Notes under the pieces: model-generated
What the model was told of the DNA's origin: nothing
The model's input: the letters and a program-made list of their open reading frames with translations, nothing else
The model's database searches: none
Translations under genes and position numbers: made by a program
Sequence record: CEUV01037621.1
Direction: 5' to 3' (one strand)
Length of the DNA stretch: 5,966 bases
Source: a metagenome
Shown: piece by piece, positions 1 to 5,966 of the stretch
Numbering within the stretch: the first letter of the stretch is position 1
Layout of the letters: each line of letters begins with the position of its first letter

Positions 1-375
1 GCCCACGAATCTTCCCCCGCGTCCTCGGCGTCCCGTATCGCGCGCGCCGAAACATCACCGCGGGTATCCGACGTCATCGCATCGCGCGCCCCACCGACGC
101 GCGCGCGCGAAGACGCCGTCCCCGTCGTCGACGCGCGCTCGCGCCTCGAGCGCGTCGTCGCGCACCGCGCGGTGGATGCATTTCCTCGTCTCGCGCTCGC
201 GCGGACGCGCGTCGTCGCGCGCGCGACGGACGGCGCGATCGCGAGCGACGCCATGCCGAGCGGAGGAGCTCGAACGCGGGCGCGCGCGAGCGAGCGCGCG
301 CGTGTGGGGACGTCGGGGGAACGGGACGTGACGTGGGCGCGTGGATGGGCACGGGGACTGTTTTCCGAATCGTGA
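1..375 (+). CDS. Probable 3' end of an unidentified protein-coding gene entering from the left edge (partial, Ala/Arg-rich tail, stop TGA 373-375)
   Basis: Frame 1 is open from base 1 to the TGA at 373-375. By hand count about three quarters of its third codon positions are G/C and first positions are G-rich, the same pattern as the confidently identified genes. The listed ORF 172..375 is only the GTG-initiated tail of this frame. No recognisable domain. Arg/Ala-rich ORFs also arise by chance in GC-rich DNA, so confidence is modest. Confidence 0.4.
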   Translation, partial: AHESSPASSASRIARAETSPRVSDVIASRAPPTRAREDAVPVVDARSRLERVVAHRAVDAFPRLALARTRVVARATDGAIASDAMPSGGARTRARASERARVGTSGERDVTWARGWARGLFSES

Positions 376-396
376 CTCGTCATTAGTTGATGGGTT

Positions 397-416
397 GGGA
401 CTCGACAAAGAGTCCC
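397..416. repeat. Inverted repeat GGGACTC-N6-GAGTCCC in the spacer upstream of BET3
   Basis: Read directly: gggactc (397-403), gacaaa, gagtccc (410-416). Perfect 7-bp arms. Confidence 0.85.
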
Positions 417-431
417 TAGGGTCCTCGCCAC

Positions 432-463
432 GAATCATCCGAATCATCCGTCGGAATCATCCG
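432..463. repeat. Three copies of GAATCATCC(G), two abutting and one after a 3-nt gap, 40-70 bp upstream of the BET3 ATG
   Basis: Read directly: gaatcatcc at 432-440, 441-449 and 454-462, each followed by g. Confidence 0.9.
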
Positions 464-504
464 TCGTCGAGGAGGACGGACGGGAGACGCGCGCGCGCGC
501 GGTG

Positions 505-1098
505 ATGGCGCCGAACGCGCAGACGACGCCTCGTCGCGTGCGTCCGGAGACGCTCGGTGGCGCGTGTTGGAACGGGGCGGAGAAGGTGAACGCGGAACTG
601 TTCGCGCTCACGCACGGCGCCTTCGTGCGGCAGATTTTGCGCGACCGCGAGGACGACGTGGAGGCGACGAACGGGGCGTTGGAGCGAATCGGACGGTCGA
701 TCGGGGCGAGGATCATCGAGGAGTACCTGGCGAAGACGAACGCGAGCGCTGGGGGGTGTCGGTCGTTCGAGGATGCGATGGAGATGACGGCCAAGGTTGG
801 ATTGAAGATGTTTTTAAACGTCGAGGCGAGGACGAGGGATTGGAGCGAGGAGAGGGATGAGTGCGTGATCGAGATGGAGAGTAATCCTCTGGCGGAGTTT
901 GTGGAGCTGCCGAAGAGGTACGGGGATCTGTATTACTGTAACGCGCTGTGCGGGACGATTCAGGGCGCGTTGGAGGCGGTGCGGGTGCGCACGGCGTGTT
1001 CGTTCGAGAGCGATCCGTTGCGCGGAACGGGGGAGAAGTTTGCGATTCGCGTCAAGCTCTTGGAGCTCGTGCCCGAGGAGTATCCGTTCGACGAGTGA
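505..1098 (+). CDS. BET3: TRAPP complex core subunit Bet3 / TRAPPC3 (complete, single exon)
   Basis: The translation aligns along its length with my recollection of human TRAPPC3. ELFALTHGAFVRQI matches ELFTLTYGALVTQL. IGRSIGARIIEEYLAKTN matches MGFNIGVRLIEDFLARSN. NPLAEFVELP matches NPLVDFVELP. YCNALCGTIQGALE matches YSNLLCGVLRGALE. Length of ~197 aa is typical. The track ORF starts at GTG 502; the first ATG is 505. Stop TGA 1096-1098. Confidence 0.9.
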   Translation: MAPNAQTTPRRVRPETLGGACWNGAEKVNAELFALTHGAFVRQILRDREDDVEATNGALERIGRSIGARIIEEYLAKTNASAGGCRSFEDAMEMTAKVGLKMFLNVEARTRDWSEERDECVIEMESNPLAEFVELPKRYGDLYYCNALCGTIQGALEAVRVRTACSFESDPLRGTGEKFAIRVKLLELVPEEYPFDE

Positions 1099-1166
1099 GG
1101 GCGAGTGTAACATAATAATAGTACGTGAATTGTGCTGCGGAAGTCGCCAACCGGTTCGCGCCGACG

Positions 1167-2732
1167 CTAAATGATTCCTAGACGCGTTCGAAGCCACGCT
1201 GGAAAGAACATGCGCGCGAACCCCTCGCCCTTGACGATGGGGAAGATGATCTTGCACGCCCCGGCTAAAATGTTACCGCTCTGGAGCAGACGCTCGGGCG
1301 TCGGAAGCGGCACCATGAGACGTCCGATGCCGAAGAGTGCGACGCTAAAAAAGTGATTCACCAGATTGAGTGGATTCGGATCGAGACCGCCCAAGAGCGC
1401 AATCGGACCGCGCGCGTAACTTCCACCGAGCTTGAGGTACTCGAAACACGCCTGGCGCATTTCTTCCATGCTCGAGTCGCTGCTCGAGCAAAAGACGGCG
1501 TACAGCGCGTTGGCGAGCGTATTTATCGTCAACGCCGGTCGCGTGCGGTGGCGGTAAAACTCGTCGAGCTTCGCCCCGGTCTCCACGGGGTCCGAAAATT
1601 TCGGTAACGGCGAGAGCATCGACTTAAAGGTGAAAATGTCGTTGAGCGCCACCGTCATGCCGCCGCCCGTGAGCGGGTGTCGCATGTTGAACGCGTCGCC
1701 CAAGAGCACGGCTCCTGGAGTTCGCGTCGGTTTCGCCGCCATCGTCTTGTTCGGCATCGATCTAAAGTTTCCTTGCTCCACCGCGAACACGAGGTGCGGT
1801 CGAAGCTGCTCCGGAACCTGCGGCACAATCTTCTCCAACACGTACTTGGCCATCTCCCCCTTGGCCACGCTCGGCATCTTCACCGACGCGGGAATATCCA
1901 CCAAGCATCGCACTTCGTTGGATGAGATTGGATAAAACAGCACCGGCGACGGGTCACCGAGCACGACGTGACCGTGGCTACCGTTCGGCAACAAGTCGCT
2001 CGGCGCCCCCTTCAAAATCACCCCGACGAAGTGGCTCGGGTGATTCGGCGACGACTGCGGACTCAACTTGGAGCGCAAACTGCTAAAATGGCCATCACAC
2101 ACCACCGTGAGCGGTGCGAACACCGTCTTGGTGACGCTCGACCCGGGAATCACCTTTTGCGCCTTGGCGTCCCAGGTTTCCCCGGTGGTGTACGACACTC
2201 CCGCCACCGTCTCGCCCTCGGTCCACTCCTCGCCTCGCGCGTTGAGCAGCTTCTTCACCGTCCCTTGACGAAGCTCCACGCCCTCGACCGCGCGCGCCGC
2301 CTCTCGAAGCTTTTGCACGAATCGCCCGTTATGAAAACTCCGTCCCGCGACGTCTTCCGAGCGTCCCTCGAGCGGGTACATCATCGTCGCCACCTCGCCG
2401 TTCTTAAACATCGTGTACCCGTACACCTTTTGCGCGTCGATGCCCTCGACGCACGACTCCAATCCGAGCTCTTTCAGCTTTAAGTACCCACCGGGCTGTA
2501 ACAACTCCCCCACGATTCGATCCGGTTCGCTCAAATCTCGCTCCACGCACAACACGCGCCGACCTTGCTTCCCGAACGAGTGCGCCAGACTCGCCCCCGC
2601 CACGCCCGCGCCGACGACGACGACGTCCCACGCGCCCGCGTCGTCCCCCCTCGCCTCTCGCGCCGGCGCCGCGCTCGCATCCTCGCTCGCGCGTTTCGAA
2701 CGCGAACCGACCGCCTCGCGAGAGCTTCCCAT
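1167..2732 (-). CDS. SQE: Squalene epoxidase / squalene monooxygenase (FAD-dependent, complete, single exon, 521 aa)
   Basis: N-terminal Rossmann FAD motif VVVVGAGVAGASLA...VLCVERD. Family-typical blocks RIVGELLQPGG, GRSFHNGRFVQKLR, VVCDGHFSSLRS and LLGDAFNMRHPLTGGGMTVAL, plus a hydrophobic C-terminal part ending FPIVKGEG...MFFPA as in plant SQE and fungal ERG1. ATG = reverse complement of 2730-2732. Stop TAG = reverse complement of 1167-1169. Confidence 0.93.
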   Translation of the reverse strand: MGSSREAVGSRSKRASEDASAAPAREARGDDAGAWDVVVVGAGVAGASLAHSFGKQGRRVLCVERDLSEPDRIVGELLQPGGYLKLKELGLESCVEGIDAQKVYGYTMFKNGEVATMMYPLEGRSEDVAGRSFHNGRFVQKLREAARAVEGVELRQGTVKKLLNARGEEWTEGETVAGVSYTTGETWDAKAQKVIPGSSVTKTVFAPLTVVCDGHFSSLRSKLSPQSSPNHPSHFVGVILKGAPSDLLPNGSHGHVVLGDPSPVLFYPISSNEVRCLVDIPASVKMPSVAKGEMAKYVLEKIVPQVPEQLRPHLVFAVEQGNFRSMPNKTMAAKPTRTPGAVLLGDAFNMRHPLTGGGMTVALNDIFTFKSMLSPLPKFSDPVETGAKLDEFYRHRTRPALTINTLANALYAVFCSSSDSSMEEMRQACFEYLKLGGSYARGPIALLGGLDPNPLNLVNHFFSVALFGIGRLMVPLPTPERLLQSGNILAGACKIIFPIVKGEGFARMFFPAWLRTRLGII

Positions 2733-2817
2733 GACGCTCTCGCGCGACGCTCGACCGCGCGTTCCTCGACCGGACGAACGGGCCGATGACGCTCGATGAT
2801 TCGCGCGGATTCCGCGA

Positions 2818-2866
2818 CGACGGTCGACGCTCGACGCTCGACTCTCGACGCGTCGACGGTCGACGC
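2818..2866. repeat. CG-rich low-complexity block: 13-mer CGACGGTCGACGC twice (2818-2830, 2854-2866) and 12-bp palindrome TCGACGCGTCGA (2845-2856)
   Basis: Read directly. Three GTCGAC sites and an ACGCGT core sit within about 50 bp. Confidence 0.8.
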
Positions 2867-2989
2867 GACGCTCGTCTCAACGCTCGACGCACCGGCGGAC
2901 GCGCGCGCGAGACTGGCGACGCGACGACGACGAGACGCGCGCGTCATCGGTCGCGCGCGTCCGGGAACGCATCGTGGGTGACGACCACG

Positions 2990-3005
2990 ACGGGTCATGA
3001 CTCGT
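2990..3005. repeat. Copy 1 of the CGGGTCATGACTCGT 15-mer (2991-3005); with a2990 it forms the left 14-bp arm of a long-range inverted repeat with 3202-3215
   Basis: Identical 15-mer at 2991-3005 and 3182-3196. acgggtcatgactc (2990-2003 in the sense 2990-3003) is the exact reverse complement of gagtcatgacccgt (3202-3215). Confidence 0.9.
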
Positions 3006-3113
3006 CACGAGTCCCTCCGCCCCATCGACGACGACACCTGGTGGATGAGGTTCAGAACGTACCCCCTCACACGGTGTATTTTCACACAGGGTACGCACGA
3101 AACGTCCGATTCT

Positions 3114-3133
3114 CGATGCGATGCGATGCGATG
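3114..3133. repeat. (CGATG)x4 pentanucleotide microsatellite
   Basis: Read directly: cgatg cgatg cgatg cgatg. Confidence 0.9.
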
Positions 3134-3181
3134 GGACCACCCACCGACCACCCATGACGTCGACGTGCCCACCCACATTCT

Positions 3182-3214
3182 CGGGTCATGACTCGTTCGT
3201 TGAGTCATGACCCG
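3182..3214. repeat. Perfect 13-bp-arm inverted repeat CGGGTCATGACTC-gttcgtt-GAGTCATGACCCG ending 6 nt before the KRI1 ATG
   Basis: Read directly: the arms 3182-3194 and 3202-3214 are exact reverse complements with a 7-nt spacer. It contains TGAGTCA (3201-3207), which is the AP-1/GCN4-type core. Confidence 0.92.
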
Positions 3215-3220
3215 TGATCT

Positions 3221-5542
<2,322 letters not shown>

Positions 5543-5674
5543 GTACGCAACGCATCGTTGTTATAGCATTATTACAGCACAGCACAACGCGCGACGCCAC
5601 GTGACGACGCTTCGACTTCTCAACCGTCGGCGCGCGCCGCGCCTCCGCGATCGATGGGTCATCACGACGCAGAT

Positions 5675-5680
5675 AAAAAA
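5675..5680 (-). terminator. T6 run on the minus strand, likely the Pol III terminator for the tRNA
   Basis: aaaaaa on the + strand at 5675-5680 is TTTTTT on the tRNA strand, 31-36 nt downstream of the tRNA 3' end. It is the first T-run of 4 or more after the gene. Confidence 0.55.
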
Positions 5681-5710
5681 TATGAATAGGCTTCATAGCC
5701 CTTACATAAC

Positions 5711-5825
5711 GGGGGATGCCGAGAATCGAACTCGGGGCCTCTCCCACATTCTTTCCGCATCGAGCGCACTTCAGCGCTGGGTTACATCACCCGAAGGGAG
5801 AATCATACCACTAGACCACATCCCC
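5711..5825 (-). tRNA. trnP-CGG: Nuclear-type tRNA-Pro (anticodon CGG) with a 43-nt intron between positions 37 and 38
   Basis: Reverse complement folded by hand. Acceptor GGGGATG/CATCCCC (7 bp) with discriminator C. D arm TG-GTCT-AGTGGTA-TGAT, where the A box TGGTCTAGTGG fits the consensus. Anticodon stem CTCCC/GGGAG with loop TT-CGG-G[intron]T. Variable loop AGGCC. T arm CCGAG-TTCGATT-CTCGG (B box). The exon sequence closely parallels the human tRNA-Pro architecture as I recall it (GGTCTAG.GGTATGATTCTC.CTT.GGGTG). Mature length is 72 nt without CCA. Confidence 0.88.
5747..5789 (-). other. tRNA intron (43 nt) with an internal 5-bp hairpin AGCGC-TGAAGT-GCGCT
   Basis: The sequence between G37 and T38 of the hand-folded cloverleaf is TGATGTAACCCAGCGCTGAAGTGCGCTCGATGCGGAAAGAATG. 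The boundary could slide by 1 nt because of the flanking T residues. Confidence 0.75.
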
Positions 5826-5900
5826 GTCCGTATGTCTTTGTATGACGTCTACTGATGACGAACCCTTCGTAAAATCTAAACCCCCAAGCGTCGGCATTGA

Positions 5901-5960
5901 GATCGTCAAGGTTATGGGTGTCCTACGAGGGTTTAGTGCGTCCGACGAGGGTTTATGGGA
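5901..5960. repeat. About 20-bp tandem repeat: two clear copies (5921-5940, 5941-5960) and one degenerate copy (5901-5920), each carrying a GG(G)TTTA telomere-unit-like core
   Basis: tcctacgagggtttagtgcg and tccgacgagggtttatggga share acgagggttta. The preceding unit gtcaaggttatgggtg is a diverged copy. The window ends at 5966, so the array may continue. Confidence 0.7.
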
Positions 5961-5966
5961 CGCGCG

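Larger units (their letters stand above)
2733..3220. promoter_or_regulatory. Divergent (head-to-head) intergenic region between SQE and KRI1; presumed bidirectional promoter plus both 5' UTRs
   Basis: It lies between two divergently oriented start codons. It is rich in palindromes and short repeats (listed separately). ORFs in it are Arg-rich and look spurious. No TSS can be placed from sequence alone. Confidence 0.6.

Noticed and set aside
55-447. Minus-strand ORFs 55..447 and 74..352 as alternative gene models for the left end
   Set aside because: The translations are Arg/Pro/Ser-rich with no domain. The 55..447 ORF would start inside the GAATCATCC repeat and read through the GACTC palindrome. 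The plus frame 1 is open to the window edge and shows the better codon-position bias (G-rich position 1, G/C-rich position 3). The plus-strand call is itself only moderately supported.
488-501. (CG)7 and many other CGCGCG runs (for example 100-110, 280-300, 2900-2910, 5186-5196) as specific Z-DNA or regulatory elements
   Set aside because: Alternating CG runs occur throughout the window, in coding and non-coding DNA alike, so they reflect genome-wide dinucleotide bias. Only the one abutting the BET3 ATG is mentioned, within another finding.
502-504. GTG at 502 given as the BET3 start (and GTG at 172) in the ORF track
   Set aside because: The track evidently permits bacterial alternative starts. 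For a eukaryotic gene the adjacent ATG at 505 is the sensible start, so the feature is reported from 505.
1171-2483. Plus-strand ORFs inside the SQE locus (1171..1356, 1353..1607, 1630..1935, 1677..1925, 1968..2483, 2068..2268, 2413..2799)
   Set aside because: They are antisense to a full-length, motif-complete squalene epoxidase. They have no recognisable domains, are Arg/His/Leu-rich, and show typical shadow-ORF behaviour in GC-rich sequence.
2404-3208. ORFs in or overlapping the SQE-KRI1 spacer (2404..2892 -, 2531..2998 -, 2565..2789 +, 2786..3157 +, 2796..2981 +, 2877..3176 -, 2997..3191 +, 3005..3208 -)
   Set aside because: They overlap one another in several frames, encode Arg-rich low-complexity strings derived from the CGAC repeats, and have no similarity to anything I recognise. 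A divergent promoter fits better.
5659-5665. Perfect C-box-like GTGATGA on the minus strand just downstream of the tRNA, raising the idea of a plant-style tRNA-snoRNA dicistron
   Set aside because: There is no CTGA D box on that strand within the next ~100 nt (no tcag on the plus strand between 5560 and 5660). A T6 terminator also separates it from the tRNA. The CTGATGA at 5852-5858 (+) likewise has no downstream CTGA before the window end.
5601-5855. 84-aa plus-strand ORF
   Set aside because: It runs straight through the minus-strand tRNA-Pro gene, its intron and its terminator. It is a chance ORF.

Overview
GC-rich, very gene-dense DNA that reads as eukaryotic nuclear sequence. My inference is a picoplanktonic green alga of the Ostreococcus/Micromonas type; I cannot verify this without a database search. 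The reasons are long uninterrupted ORFs with strong G/C third-position bias, intergenic spacers of roughly 70-490 bp, eukaryote-only housekeeping genes and an intron-containing nuclear-type tRNA. The window holds five genes. (1) 1..375 (+) is the probable 3' end of an unidentified gene. (2) 505..1098 (+) is TRAPP subunit Bet3/TRAPPC3. (3) 1167..2732 (-) is squalene epoxidase, convergent with Bet3 with only 68 bp between the stop codons. (4) 3221..5542 (+) is ribosome-biogenesis protein KRI1, divergent from squalene epoxidase across a 488-bp spacer. (5) 5711..5825 (-) is tRNA-Pro(CGG) with a 43-nt intron at the canonical 37/38 position, followed by a T6 Pol III terminator. The three identified proteins act in vesicle tethering, sterol synthesis and ribosome biogenesis, so this is not an operon or a functional cluster. 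I see no CRISPR array, defence island or recognisable transposase. I do not find a convincing novel multi-gene system here. What the gene models do not explain lies in the spacers. A 15-mer occurs three times (two direct, one inverted), which makes a perfect 13-bp hairpin 6 nt upstream of the KRI1 ATG and brackets a ~226-bp segment with 14-bp perfect inverted termini. A family of GACTC...GAGTC palindromes and a shared TGACTCGTCA/GAGTCCCT motif pair recur in two different upstream regions. A triple GAATCATCCG repeat sits upstream of BET3. Telomere-unit-like heptamers in a ~20-bp tandem repeat sit at the right edge. All functional readings of these motifs are hypotheses. Note that the supplied ORF track allows non-ATG starts (for example GTG at 502 and 172), so I re-set starts to ATG where relevant.
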